Assembly: GCA_028534125.1 (NCBI GenBank)
Contig: CM052820.1
Location: 1,488,001-1,552,000 of the forward strand
Direction: 5' to 3'
Source: Lama glama
Lineage: Eukaryota
Length of the DNA stretch: 64,000 nucleotides
In this document: one piece after another, positions 46,451-59,791 of the stretch
Position numbering within the stretch: the stretch's first letter is position 1
Layout of the letters: the number at the start of each line of letters is the position of its first letter
Translations under genes and position numbers: made by a program
The notes under the pieces: generated by a model
What the model was told of the DNA's origin: nothing
Database searches by the model: none
Seen by the model: only the letters and a program-made list of their open reading frames with translations

Positions 46451-49400
46451 CGGCAGGTCAGGATCCGCCCCGGAGGTCCTGATGCGCATCTTTGCCACCG
46501 GTAACTGTCGGCGAGCCCAGAGCTCTGAGTGACTGCTGGAGAGGGAACCAGACCCGCAGTGGCCGTCCTCGCTGCTAGCCTTCCTCTCTGGCGTGACCGC
46601 AGGGCGGCTGCCTTGCTCACAGACGCTGCCTCTGGTCTTTGCAGATGATGCTTCAGCCTAGGGAGGTGGTTATTTTCTCAGCGTGGATTTGGACGCCAGT
46701 GCTCCTGAAGACTTTTCGAGGGGAGGCGTTTGTCTCCAGTTCATCAGCTGCCAGGGAAGATAGGGAGCGAAGGCTGTTTGTGGCCGGAAGGACACAGCAC
46801 ATTGGAATTCTCTGCAGAGAGGGGACCTTGCCTGGAGGCGCCGAGACCCCACCGTGGTCTCTCCGTCCCGAGCAGCCCAGCCTTTAGGAAGCACACCAGC
46901 TGGGGTTTGAGTGGCAGCTAGGAGTTCGGAGAGGCCTTCCCACTGGGGTCTCTGTGGCCTCCGAGAACAGTCAGGTTGTCTGCCTGCCCTTACGTCCTTC
47001 TGAGGTTTGGTGCCCTTCTGTTATCCCCCAGTCGTCAGTAGAATTGTGTAAAATGGCGTTTTTCTTGGCGGCATGGAGAGGCGGGGGTGGTGGGTCCACA
47101 CAGCAGGTACGCGGCACAAGTCGGCCTCTCCGTGGCCGCTTGGCACAGCTGTGTTTCCCGGCAGGGCTGGGAGGGGTCCTGGAGGTGAGGGGCGGGCAGC
47201 AGCGCCCGGCAGGTGACGGGCTGCTGTGTGGAGCTGGGAGGCCGCAGGGCCCCTCCGCCCCAGCCCGGGGGTGTTGCAGAGGAAGACCCTGAGGGCCGGT
47301 CCCCTCTCGCTTGGCCCATGTTCAGGTTTCCAGCCTCTCCGTGGTCCATCTCATACCTTGTGCTCAGCTGGCCGGCACCTCTGTCCAGGGTGAAACTCAC
47401 ATGGCCAGGCGGCCCTGGCCTGGACGGAGATGTGACTTTCTTGATTCTTGGCTGAGCTTTCTTTGAACTCTCCATGGGACCAGAGGCCTTGATGCATGAG
47501 AACCAGGGGGAGGGGTATTTCTTTGTGTCTGATTTCTTCGATGGCCCCTGTTACGAGTGGATTTGCTGACCGACGTACATGGGTATGACCTCGGCAATTA
47601 CAGTTCCAAAGGAGGTGGTGCTTTTGTTGCCTTTCCCAGGAGACTCTGGGGGACTCTGGGCCTTGGGATGCGTCTGCTCTGGCTGAGAGATGTCGTTTGA
47701 GACATCAATATCGTCCGTGAGAAGCAAAGAGTGAGCTGGGTCTTTCTCCACTTAGGTTGCCCAAGAGAACATTATATCAGCATTTCTCAACACTCTCTAG
47801 TGCTGAAGTATTTGGACCTCACCTGGGGGATGGGTCGGGGAGGCTGGCTTAGCCACCAGGCAGAGGCAGCTCTGTGTCGTCTGGCTTCTGTGTGCTGACT
47901 GTGCCTCCTCCGCTGAAGGACGGCCAGCAGGGCTGTTGGCCCGGCTTGGTTGCTTCCCCGTGGTGGGCTGCACTGCTGTGCACCAGGCCCTCGCCCTTCA
48001 GAAGGACGCCGGGCTTGGCTCTCTGCCTTCGGCCGGTGTCTGCGTGTGTGGTTTGATAGAAGGTGGCGTTAAGGCAGGCAGGTGATCCCGTGTCTTCTCC
48101 CGGGAGTTCCTGTCTGGGGAAGAGGGGCAGTGTGGAGCAGGGTCCCACTGTACTTACAGTCAAAGCCCAGGCTCTTCCGCAGCAGAAAGGGGTGAACGTT
48201 GGTGTAACTGGGCCCGGCTGGATGGACGGTCACGCACTGGGGTGTTTGCACCCGAGAGGGCAGCCAGCCCCCGCCCGGACAGGAGCAGACAGGTAGCTTG
48301 ATGTGTGAGTTTTTACGCTCAGTTTTGAGACATCGGTAAAAATCACTTGTCAAGGTACCGTCTTCACCGCTGTTTTCTGCAAAGCCCGGGTCTGTATTTC
48401 CCGGCTTTATGTAAACTAAATACATGGTTTGCACAGGTTTTTGTTAAATAGTTCTCCTGTGCCTTCACAATTTTGGGGGACACCTTTCAAGTCAACCCTG
48501 CACGCCTGTTCTTGCTGGCAGCAAAATTCTACCCCTAGGAAGGTGAACCTGAGCTCCTGCTGGACCCTCAGCGTGGGCCAGGAGCAGCCAGGTGTGCCCC
48601 CGGGGCCTGAGCGTCCTGCTCCGGAACCTGCCACCAGTGGCTTTGGGACGCTGTCTGTGGCTGGGTCCCGCCCTGGCTTTGGATGCTCATGGAATCTTCT
48701 GGGTTGGCTGAGCTCAGCATCTCTCTGGAAGCAGTGGTCTCTGTCCGTTCTAAACCATGTGCACGAAAATCCATGGAAATCCCATGACGACCACAGCAGG
48801 TTTAGGAAACTGCCTAGAGCCACGAGCTCTTCTTGCATTGAATGCAAGGACAGCTCGGTTCTGAATGCAAATTCTAGTTTTGGATTTAAAAAGCAAACAC
48901 AGGTGGGCTTTGGGCTTAGAACGCAGCGTTGCTGCTTGGCGCCCTGTGAGTGAGCCAGCCATGCCCTTTGGTGTTTGCACCAGTCCCGGGGCAGGGGGGC
49001 ATTTGAGGGCCAGTCCTGAGAACCACAGGACTGCAGGTGCTCAGGAGAGGTCGGGGAAGGCGTTTCACATGCAGCTTGAATGAAGGCAGAGAACCCCCCG
49101 GCCTCCGGGACACACCGGCTTTGGGTTGCAAGGGAGGCGCCCTGGGAGGTCGCAGAGCCGTTTGCGTGGGGCCCACGGCATGGAGCTGGGCGCTCCTCCT
49201 GGGCGCCTGACTCTTGTCTGCGAGCATCCTGCACGCCCGGGCGCTGGGTGGGACGGAGATGCGCTTCCACCAGGGCCGGCGGTGTTGTGGGGGATGCAGT
49301 GCAAACTGCGTGCACAGCCCTCCGTGGATTTCCGGGCCAGGTGCACTCAAACCGTCTCTGGTCCTTTCTCTCCAAGCCCAGCCCCTGGGATTAGAGATCC

Positions 49401-50299
49401 GAGCGCTTCCCTCCCCTTCGCCGGTTTCCTTTCCCCTGCAGAGACAGCAGTGCGGGAAAACGAGCCAGCATTCCTTGTTCTCCTTGTTATCTGTCACTTG
49501 TCCCGAGCCTGGACTGGGTCCAAGCTGCTAATTTATTCCACTGGGGCCGGGTGTGCACCCTCAGCCGAAGCCGCCGTCCTGTCGGGCTCGCGCTGTTCCT
49601 AGAAAGCCTCGTCATGCGCAGCCGGGGCCGCTGGGGTGCATCCTGTCCTCTCCCTCGCCGTATGTTTGGGAGTAGAAGTTGGCTCTGGTGGATAGGCGAG
49701 TATGCTGCTCATTCATCCTCGTTCTTGGAAGCACGGTGGGAGCTCCCAGGAGAGGAGGAGCCGGGAAACGTCGCCCCAGGGGCCACCTGACTCGGTTGCT
49801 AGTCAGCACAACGTGTAATTAAGGTGGAAGCATTTGATTTTCCTCGTCTGCCAGACTTAGGCCCCGTTTTGTTTACTCCCATGAGCCCCGACTTCCCCCT
49901 GCTCGTTGAGTAAACGCAGGAGGGAGAAGCGGTGGAGCTCTCCGCCGACGGGGCGTCCGTCGTGCGGTGGGGCGGGCCTGTGCTTGCCGGCCTCGGCCTT
50001 CCCCGGGCCGGGGCGTACGCTGTGCCGGGGAGTTCAGACGAGGCCCCGAGGGCTCGACGACGCGCTGCTTGCCCGCTCCCTCGGGGCTGACGTGCGACAG
50101 CCTGGCCGCCAGTGCAACCAGCGCGGTGGAGCGAGGGCGTGTTAACGCCTGGCTGTGGATTTCATATACATTTGTACGGAGGGAACGCGCTTTACGGTCT
50201 GATTTCCTCCCCCGCGGGCAGCCCAGAACCCCGGTCCCCCCGTGAGGAAGACATCCATTTCCAGCAGGGGTGTGTCTTGTCATAAACCCGCTCAGTACC

Positions 50300-50610
50300 C
50301 CCGGTACTGTGAGGAGCGTCTGAGAAGCGTTCACCGCTGAGAGGAACCCAGGAGACGTGATGAGTAAATGCCACGGGGGGTCCTGGATGGGGTCCTGGGG
50401 TGGAAGAGGGACATCGGGGTAAAACAAAGGACTCTGAATGAAGTGTTGGCTCCAGCTAATGACACTGTGTCGGTACTGATGTGACATTAACAGTGACCAC
50501 GGTATCACAGTGACGTCAGATGCTGCTCATAAGGGAAGCTGAGTGCAGGTGTTGGTGGTGGAGGATGTGGGAACTCTGTTCTGTCCACTCAGGTTTTAAT
50601 AAAGTCTGCT
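50300..50610 (+). mobile_element. L1MC1/2-like 3' end
   Basis: TCCTGGATGGGGTCCTGG..GAAGAGGGACAT..CTGAATGAAGT..GGGAACTCTGTTCTGTC. Confidence 0.7.
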
Positions 50611-51547
50611 GATAACATCTGAGCTGAAAGAATTAATTTGTGGATACCCTCTCTTGCTCCCGGTTGGCGGATTCTAGTGCACCTGGCTTCCCAGGCTTTT
50701 CCTTTGGGGGCCGTCCTGGATTAGGACAGACGCGGTTTCTTGTTCTTGACGGCTGTGCGTGGCTGTGCCGTTGCTCGTTTGCAAGTCGCTGCTGGTGGGC
50801 ACTTTCCATGGTGCTGGGGAAACAGTGCAGCCTCGAGAGTGCCCAGTCCTAAGTGAACCTTTCTTGAAGTCTGACAGGCAGCCAGAAAGTTGCACAGACC
50901 GTCCGTGCTTAGGAGATGGCCTGTGACTGCTAGGCGGAGCAGGGGGAGGAGCACCCAGCGGTCCTTGCCCTGTCTCCGCTCGGTCACTGCGGCCCCTCCC
51001 CTGCCAGCTTCTGACACCTTGGGCTCGTTTTTCCAGGTTGTGAACTTTATCTAAATGCAACCATGGAATATTTCCTCTTTCTGTCTGGCTTCTTTCACTC
51101 AACAGAATGTTTGCAAGATTTGCTGACGTCACGGCTTAGCTGTCTGCTTGTTTCCATGGGTGTGTAGTATTTCATTGTGTGAACAGACAGCGGTTTTTCT
51201 GTTCAAGTGCGATGACGCTTGGGTGTTCCCAGGCTGGGGTCTTTATACGGGGGCCGCTGTTACCTCCCCGTGTGTGTCTGCTGGGCCACGCTTCTGTTGA
51301 CAAGGTCTGTGTGTGCCAAACAGTTTGTCAGGCTTCTTGGGCCACTTTACGGCCTGGAAGAGCGTGTGGGAGGCGCCTGGGTCGCACCCTCGCCAGTGCT
51401 TGGGACCCTCCTTCCTTTGTCTTCTAGCCACTGTGATTTCTCTCGTATCTCCCTGGTAACTGAAGGCGGGGAGCATCTTGTCGTGTGTGTATCAAACGGC
51501 TGGATACCCCTTTAGGTGAGCTTTCTGTTTGTCTTTGCTCAGTTAAA

Positions 51548-51775
51548 GGGATAAATTCGGGAGTTTGAGATTTGCAAATGTTAGCCACTGTATATAAAAA
51601 TAGATTAAAAAACAGATTTCTTCTGGATAGCACAGGGAACTATATTCAATATCTTGTAATAACCTTTAATGCAAAAGAATATGAGAACGAATATATGTAT
51701 GTGTGTGCACGACTGGGACGCTGTGCTGCACGCCAGAGCCTGACACACTGTGACTGACTGTTCTTTGATTTAAAA
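51548..51775 (+). mobile_element. Younger artiodactyl-type L1 3' end inserted into the older L1
   Basis: GGGATAAATTCGGGAGTTTGAGATTTGC..ATAGCACAGGGAACTATATTCAATATCTTGTAATAACCT, typical of cetartiodactyl L1 3'UTRs. Flanked by TTAAA on both sides. Confidence 0.85.
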
Positions 51776-52991
51776 CAATTGGATGGCCTTCATGTTTTCA
51801 GCTGATCTGTAGGAGTTACTTGTGCAGGCGAGGGCTGGGTCCTTCGTCGGTTATTTCCTCTCAGACTGCGGGCTGCCTCTTTACTTTCTTAATGACGCTC
51901 TTTGATGAACAGGTGTTCTTAATTTTAATGCAGCCCAACTGTTGGTCACTTTATTGATGCCCCTGCTTGAATGCCATGGAAACCGCCTGCATTGTTTTCT
52001 AGGAGCTTCACTGTTTTACCAAGTAGATCTGTGGATTTCAACTCAACCTGGAGTTGCTTTTTGCTTTTTGTGTTTTTGTTTTTGTATGGTGGGAGGTGGT
52101 CCTGGGGGCTGCTTTTCCCATCTGGATGTGCAGCTGTCCCGGCAGTGCTCGTTAGAAAGGTCCGTGCTGCCCCCGCTGCTCTGCGATGTGCCCCTGGGTC
52201 AGTGGCTGGGTTTTCCCCTTGAGCCAGTGAGCACCGTCTCAGCTGATGGAGTTTCTTATGACTCGTTATCACATCTGGTAGTGTGCATCCTCCAGGTTTT
52301 TTGGGTCATTTTAAAGGTTTTCTTGGTTCTTCCTGGCCTGCTGTATTTCCATAAGAATTTTAAAAATCAGCTTTTCAACAGAATACCTGCTGGGATCTCA
52401 ACTGAGGTTGCATTGGTTTGCATATAAAATCAGTTTGTTTGAAGCTTCCAACCCGTGAACATGCTATATCTTTCTATTTATTTGGATCATCTTGTCTTTA
52501 ACTTCTTCAGTCACATTTTCTTTGTAGTTTCCAGTGTAGAGGTCTTTACTTCTGTTTTTTTTTTGATGCTTTCTAAAGTTTTAATTTTTTGTTTGTGTTT
52601 CTCTTTAGAAAGACAGTTAATTTTTGTGTCGCCACCTTGTCTCTACACAGCCTGCAGGTTTTGCTTATTGTTTATTAGTAGTTTATCTGTAGATTCTTTG
52701 GGATTTTTGTACTGCCTGTGGATAGTAAATGTCTTCTTTCTTCATTGCCAGTTTTAAAACTTTTTATGTCTTTCTTGCTTGTCATGTTGTCCAGGGCCCT
52801 CAATCAAATGTTAAATAGAATCAGTGAGAGTGAACACCTGCATCTTGTTGAATACCAAGGGACACTCTTCCAGCATTTGTCATTATGTATGAAATTTGCT
52901 ACAGGTCTCACACGTCACAGTCTTTATCAGACTAATGCAGCTCTCACCTGTTCTCAGTTTGCTAAGTTTTTCTCATGAGTAGGTGTTAAAG

Positions 52992-53074
52992 TATTAGGTT
53001 GAACCATATGGTGTGCAGATATTTGGTCTTTTTCAATTTACAGAAACGGCCCTTTCATTTGGTTCAACTTAATA
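52992..53074. mobile_element. MADE2-like mariner MITE (about 83 bp near-palindrome)
   Basis: TATTAGGTTGAACCATATG .. CATTTGGTTCAACTTAATA inverted termini with TA ends. Confidence 0.85.
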
Positions 53075-53307
53075 TTTTAGATTTTGTTCTACATCAGTTA
53101 ATCATATAATTTCCCCCTTTATTTGATTAATGTGATGAATTTTCTTGAATGCTTTTTGAATGTTAACCAGCCTTACATTTCTTAGTAAATCCTACTTGAT
53201 TATATTATTCTTCTTTTATACTACTGGATTCATTTTGCTTATATTGGCTTAATTTTTTTTCATCTAAATTCATGAGTGAGATTGGAGAGTTTTCCATCTA
53301 ATTTCAT

Positions 53308-53440
53308 NNNNNNNNNNNNNNNNNNNNNNNNNNNNNNNNNNNNNNNNNNNNNNNNNNNNNNNNNNNNNNNNNNNNNNNNNNNNNNNNNNNNNNNNNNNNN
53401 NNNNNNNNNNNNNNNNNNNNNNNNNNNNNNNNNNNNNNNN
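53308..53440. other. Assembly gap (133 N)
   Basis: Run of N. Confidence 1.
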
Positions 53441-56400
53441 GATTGTACAAAATCAGGCCATGGATTGATTGTGCCCATGGGCTGCAGCTTGTTGACCCTG
53501 TTGGATTCTCTTGAAGGGCTTCTATAGGGTTGATGTTATTTCTTCCTTAAATATTTGGGAGAATCGCCGGTGAACTTACCTTGGAGTTTTCTTTGCAGGG
53601 CGATTTGTAAATTACCCCCTCGCCTGACATAGGACTATTCAGATTTTCTGTTTTCTCTTGTGTCAGTTTTCATATGTTTAGCTTTTCTCAGAATTTTTTT
53701 CATTTCATCTAAAATTTCAAGTGTATTGACAGAGGTTTTAAAAATACCCTCTCACGATCTTCGTATTGCTTGCAGGATTTGTACTGGCATCTCCTTTTTC
53801 ATCCTCTACGTTGTTTATTTGTTCTTCCTCTTTTTTTCGCCGCTGGACTTGCTAGGATGATTATGTTAGTATTTTTCTACAACTACGCTTGTTTTCTTGG
53901 TTATTTCTATTGGATTTTTAAGAAATCAATTTCTGCTCTTACGGCTATTATTTCCTTGTGTTATTTGGATTTACTTTGCTTTTTAAAAATTAATTGACAT
54001 AAATATTTAGGTCATTGAATTTTTTCCCCGTGCTTTCTTCCGTTGCAATACATGCATGTAAGGCTCTAATTTTTACCTATAGATGGCTTTGCTGGGTTGC
54101 ACAAGTGTTTTAATGTCATTTTTTATTGTAACTTTAGAATAATGTCTAATTTCCTTTTTGATTTCTTCTTTGACTCATGGGTTATTTCGTTTCTTTATTT
54201 CATTGTTTTGTGAATTTCTTAGTATTTTGCTTTTGTTATTGATTTCTACTTTAATTTCACTATGGTCACTGAGTTTACTGCATGTAATTCAGTTCTTGAA
54301 TATTCTTTGAGTTTTTTTCTATCATTGCACAGTAGACTTTGTAAGTCTTTTATATATACTTGAAGAGACTATGCCAGTTAAGACGTAGCAATTCTATACA
54401 CATCAATTATGTCAAATTTGTTCATCACGGTGCTCAGATCTTCTGTTGCTTTACTCGTTTTATTGTCTGCTTTTTCTAGCAGTTACTGAGAATGGCATTA
54501 TAAAATCCCCTGTTGTAATTGTGAATTGGTATTGTTTTTCCTTTTAATGGTCAGTTTTTGCTTTTGTATATTTTGAAACTATTTTAAGCCCATGCACATT
54601 TAGAATATTACACTTGCTTGTTGGAATAACCAGCATTTTGTTCTTATGAAATGTCTGATTTGGTTTCCCTCAGGGCCGGTCTTCCCCTGGTCCTTACTCT
54701 CCAATGGAAGCATCCCAGTGGCACCCTGGGGTGTGCGTGAACCCTCCACCTTGGCAGGCCCTGAACCATCTCATGTCCCAGGGTCAGCTCTTGCCCTCCA
54801 GGTGGAAGCTTGTATGTCAGCAAGTGCCTCTTGGGAGAAGTGGACCCAAACTGTGCCCTCCTTTCGCTTTCTTCCCGTCTCCTATTTTGGCCGCTCAGGT
54901 CCTGGCCGCCTTGGTAGCTCTGATCCCAGAGCCTCCGTAGTACATACGTGTGTTTTCTGCATTCGCCGGTCTGCCCTGAGCTTGGCTGCAGGACTGCGAC
55001 ATAAGCTAGTTCGCTGTAGCCAAAGCGGATGGTGAGGCTTACCCCTCAGCGCCACTTGTCGTGCTGACGGTTTCCCAGGTGACCGTCGGGGCTTGCGCTG
55101 GCCTCTGCGTCACAGTGAAGTAACTGCCGGGCCAGTGCTGCAGGGGCTGAGCCGCTCTTGCAGCCTGGAGCTGCTCTTGGGTGTTTTACGAGGTGCTTGC
55201 CGTCGCACCTTATAAATGTCAGGTCTCCCAGATCTGAGCGCCGTGCGCACTTGGCGAACGCCTTCCGGCCAGCCTGCCTCCCCGCCTCCTCCCCTTGGTT
55301 TTTACTGAGTTGTTTTTTCCCCCAATGTGAATGAAGAATTCATTCCAGACTTAACTTGAGAAATATTTTGCAGGACATGGCTGTTCATGCCATTAATGTC
55401 ATGACTGGACCAGCAGTGGCTCCGCACTGGGCGGGGCGGAGCACAGATGCTGCACTGGGTCCTTCAGGGTCTCACTTTCATCGTGCTGAGCCGGGGGGTG
55501 GGGGCGTGTATTCTGTGATACCGTAGTTCCTTCCGCCTCTGATGCTCCATGCTCCTCACGTTCAAGTGGCAGCCAAGGCTGGGAAGGTTGGAAGGAAGCC
55601 ATAGGTCAGCAAGTAAGTGGCCCAGGAAGTTTTACACTTGGGAGGGGGGCGGATCAGGCAGCTTCTCTTTTTCAGTGGCTTTGTGGGGGAGGTGGGGAGG
55701 CTATGTGGGTGGCAACTGTTTTCTACATTAAAATTTACCTTTTCTGTTTTTTGTAACCCCTGTATTTCATATGGTTAGGTTATAAATACCATGTTTGTTT
55801 TTTTACACTTTGAAGTACGTTTTATTCATATAGTTGCTAATTTAAATCATTTAAAAATACGTGTAATTTTACTTGCAAATAGTTGAATTACAGATTGTTG
55901 GTTTTAAGAAAGCCAGCATTTTCCTCCCCAGAGGAGGTGAGGAGGTGAGGCTTTGTGACCAGGAGACCATCTCAGCATTGCAGGAAAACATTTTGTTTTC
56001 CCGGAGAGATAGCAAACACAGTGTGCAGGTTAGCTGACGTGAGAACACCTGTCTCTCCCCAGGGTTAAGGGCTGTCTGTTTCTACTTGGTGGTGAAGAAT
56101 GGACTCTTGGAGTGGTGGGTGAGTGTGGCGACCACTGACGACCAGTGCCCTGGCAGTCCTAGCTGGTACCCTCCTCCCTGTTGCCTCCTCAGCCCTGGAT
56201 ACTGGCTTGGGCGCTGAGGCCAGTATCCCGGCAGCTGGCGGGGCCCCTGGTGGCCCTCATTCAGGCCTCTGGAGCCACTGTCTCTGGCCGTAGTGGCTCG
56301 TGCTCCTGCGGGGGACTCTTCCCTTGGTCCAGGTCACCGTGGCCCCCCAGCCAAGCGCTCACATGTGGTCCAGGGGATGCGTGCAGCCCCCAGGACATCG

Positions 56401-59400
56401 TGACACAGGGCCTTCTCTGGAGGGGTTAGACATCAGTAGGTCGGGGGGTGGCAGTGCCCTCCAGGCGGCAGTGCGGCAGAGGGGTGACTGCCCTGGCCCC
56501 TTCTCGCTGTCCTCCCCCCAGCCGGAAGGGCACTGTGCTGCTGACACGTGGGGCACGAGTCCGGCCGCTGGGCTGCGGTGCTGGGCTGGGGGCCCGGAGA
56601 CTGCTCACAGCCTGGCCTCTGCAGGGGCTGCTGGGCTCAGAGCCTGGCGCAACCCAGCCCCTACCCCACCCACTGCCCTCCCTGTGGGAAATGAGGACAC
56701 AGGACGAGCTTCGCCTCGTGGGGCTGCTGGGAGGCCTGGAGAGGGCTGGCGCGTCGCCCAGGGCCTGCTTGTGCCCAGGGTGTCAGCGCCGGCCCCATCA
56801 CGGGCCCCAGCGCCCGCCCGGGCTTCAGGGCCTGCCCGGAGCGTCTGCTTAGTTTCGGTTCAGTCACCGTTGTCAGAGTCAGGCCGTTTTTGTTAAATGT
56901 AAATATCCTGGGTCTTTTAATGTTTGAAACTTCAGAATCACTTTGACATCATTTCTCAAAGCAGGTTCCTGCAAGGGAGTCTGTGCACACGGATTCCTCT
57001 CCCCCAGCTGGAACCAATGCCCGTCTGGCCTAAGTGTTCCCCACTGCCGCCACCCGGGGCACGGGAGGCACAGAGGGGGCGGGGGGAGGGGGAGCCCAGC
57101 GAGAGGAGGGGCAGAGAAGCCAGCGGAGGGCGGGGGGGAGCAGCTGTGGCGGGGCTCCCCTGCCCTCCTGGGTGATGGCTCTGGGCCCACAGGAAGCCCT
57201 GGTGTACTGAGACAAGGGATCAAGATCAAACTTGTGTATTTTTACGTTTTTCTCTTTGGTGATTAGTGACTGTAAAGTTCAGAAACCAACTCTTGAGAAA
57301 GGGATTTTGCCAACAGATGGCAAAGTTTGGGGGCGCCCGTCATCCCAATAGGAGAACCTGCTGGCAGGGTCTGCTCAGCTGGCAGTGTGGTCCACTCAGA
57401 CCCTCAGAACGAGTTCTTCTGGAGTGGCCTGGGTCCAGAGAGGGTGGGTGCCTGGCCCTGGCTTCTGCTTGGGGAGCCGCGGCCGGCGGTGGGCAGGACT
57501 CCCACCCGGGGTCTGGGCCTGCGATCTCCCTGCTGAGCTTCCCCTTGGCCATGCGTCCTGGGGGTTCTGCTGCTCCCTGGTGGCCCGGGCGGGGGAAGAG
57601 CTCGGCTTACGCTCAGCCCGTCCAGCGGGGCAGTGGCTGCCAAGTGGTTTCTTAAAAAGAATTCCTCTTCCCCTGATTAATTTCTGGCCTGCGGCATCGG
57701 GGAGCTCTTGCGTCAGTAAATCGTCATAAACCTCCCGTTGTCTGGGCCAGACATAAACAGCGAGCCCAGCCCTGCCGCTCCTGACGCGCGGCCAGCGCAG
57801 GCCGGCTCTCCGTCTCCAGGATGCGCCCAGCCCCTGCTGCGACCGGCCAGGCCTCTTCTCAGGGCACCAGGCTCCGCAAAGGCATGCTCTGTTGTTGGGG
57901 CCGGGGTGCCGGGCGCAGATGTGATTTAGTTACCGACTTGTTTCTGTTTCTGCCCCACATTCTCCGGTCTCGTTGGTATGGTGTCTTCATTTTCAAGGGT
58001 CTCTGTGGCAATTCAGATGGGCCCTGGTGTGGGAGGTTTCAGAGGGTTATTTCAGCCTCCGCGAAACCCTCCCCCTTCGGATCCCAAGGCATCATGTGGC
58101 ATCCGTAAAACTCACTTGGGAGCTTTTTCATCTGCATTTGAGAGCTTTAGAGAGTCCCTGGGCTGAACTCATCCTGAAATTTTTTGTGGAGCCCTTTTCG
58201 GCTGAGCTGCCCAGGCAGGCAGCACCCGCGTCGTTGGAAGGGGCCAGAAGCAGATGAACCCAGGCCTCGGCTTACTTGGCCGCACGCTCGGGCCTGTGTC
58301 TGGCCCCTGCGGGGTTACTGCAAGAGAGAACTCGGGCCTCCGGTTTCTCCTGGGTGACGCAGGCGGTTGGCATGCAGTCACTAAGCTCTGCTCCAGGTGG
58401 GCGATGCAGAAGCCCCAGACCCCGGGATGTCTTCCAGGAGCCTGCCTTCCCAGGGGCTCGTGAGAGGACGGCCTGAGGGCAGCAGCCGCTGAGGGACGTG
58501 CAGTGAGGGTGGTGTGGACAGGGCCTGAGTGGGCCCGCATCGACCCTCAGGAGGAGGAGAGACGAGCCATCTGGGCCCTTGGCAGTGGCTGTGTGGGCGA
58601 AGCAGTGGGAGGGTTATGTCAGCCATCCAGGGGCCTGTGGGTGCTTGCTGGCCCCAGCAAGAGGGGTGGGCAGACTGTGGCCATGCCCTTGAAGCTGGCC
58701 AGTGGGTCTCGAATGCCAGAGTGTGCACTGGGGAGTTGTGTCCTGGCCCGGGGTTCTGATTCCCACCCTGTGAACCAGGCACAGGTCCTGCAGGCACCCT
58801 CAGGGCGAACAGCAGCCTCGGGGCCACGTCCGCGCCGCCCCGTGAACTGGGCCAGTCGTCTGATGTCAGGGTCTTTGGTTTCTGCTTGTTTTCTGCCCGT
58901 AAGAACCGTGATTTTAAGGAGGCTCCGTAAATGAAAAACAAATACAAGGTGTCTGTGATGCTGATTTCGGTGTAAAATGGAGAAGAGGTGGCCCTGTCTG
59001 AGCAGCGGACGCGTCTTGCTGCCTGAGCAACGGGCCTGCGGGGCGGTCAGAGAGCAGGGGCCTGGGACCCAGTGTGCCTTCTGCTGCGGGAGGCCAGCCA
59101 CGTGCTCCCTGCTGTGTCCCCGGCCCTCGGTGGGAGGGGGCTCCTTGAGGGAACGCTGGCCTCAGTTACGCCGTCAGCTCGTCCAAGGCGGAGAGGTGCT
59201 ACGTCCGTTCCGGATGGCGGGGCTGGGTTGTGAGCTCAGGGCCGGCCTGGCTGCCGTGGGCATCCCTGGGGCTCTGCAGTTCGGAGACTCGGGAGCGCTG
59301 GTTCAGGAAGGCCGTTAGCCCGTCGTTGGAGCTGAAGCGTGGCGCTCTCCAGAGACAGGTGCAGCTGGCTGGGACCATCAGCGAGTGATGTGGTCGCCCT

Positions 59401-59791
59401 TGTTCGTGGCGTCTTGTGCCTCTGGGTTTGCGGGGTGCTTCTCTCTAGGAACACGGCTGGGAGTGGCTCCCGTGCGGTCGGGCGTGGACCGCGGACGGCT
59501 CACCTGCCCCGAGTGGCCGTTGGGAGGGTCCCCCGGTTGCGGCTGTGGTGCTTGGGCTCGAGCTGCTGGCCTCGGGCTCGGGGGCTCTGCGGAAAGGCCA
59601 GGGGCGCTTGAGAAAATCATCCGGGTAAAAATACTGCTGTGTTTCCTTTTCCTAACCCCCGCTTTTTTGGTTGTTATATCCTGAAGATTCTTCCGTGGTA
59701 GTTAATGAACGGTCGCTTACTCTCTTTCGATGCTTGGGAATTGCGCCAGTGTAATTACCAGCGTGGATCCCAGTTCCGTCGTTCACTCTGC

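Larger units (their letters stand above)
50840..54660 (-). mobile_element. Long old L1 (L1ME/MD-like) fragment, antisense, with nested insertions and an assembly gap
   Basis: Continuous T-rich L1 antisense sequence: TGTCTGGCTTCTTTCACTCAACA, TTTGATGAACAGGTGTTCTTAATTTTAATGCAG, TACTGGATTCATTTTGCT, ATTTCTTCTTTGACTCATGGGTTATTT. Confidence 0.85.

Noticed and set aside
47551-47751. Protein-like minus ORF with possible acceptor (ctctcag|CCA) and donor (CAT|GTACGT)
   Set aside because: Isolated, with no phase-compatible partner exon found and no recognisable homology. The nearby RYEMD match to exon 1 is only a 10-nt coincidence.
48416-49375. 319-aa minus-strand ORF
   Set aside because: No recognisable domain, codon bias or splice support; such lengths arise by chance at this GC content.
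53260-53527. ORFs spanning the N run
   Set aside because: Artefacts of translating the assembly gap.
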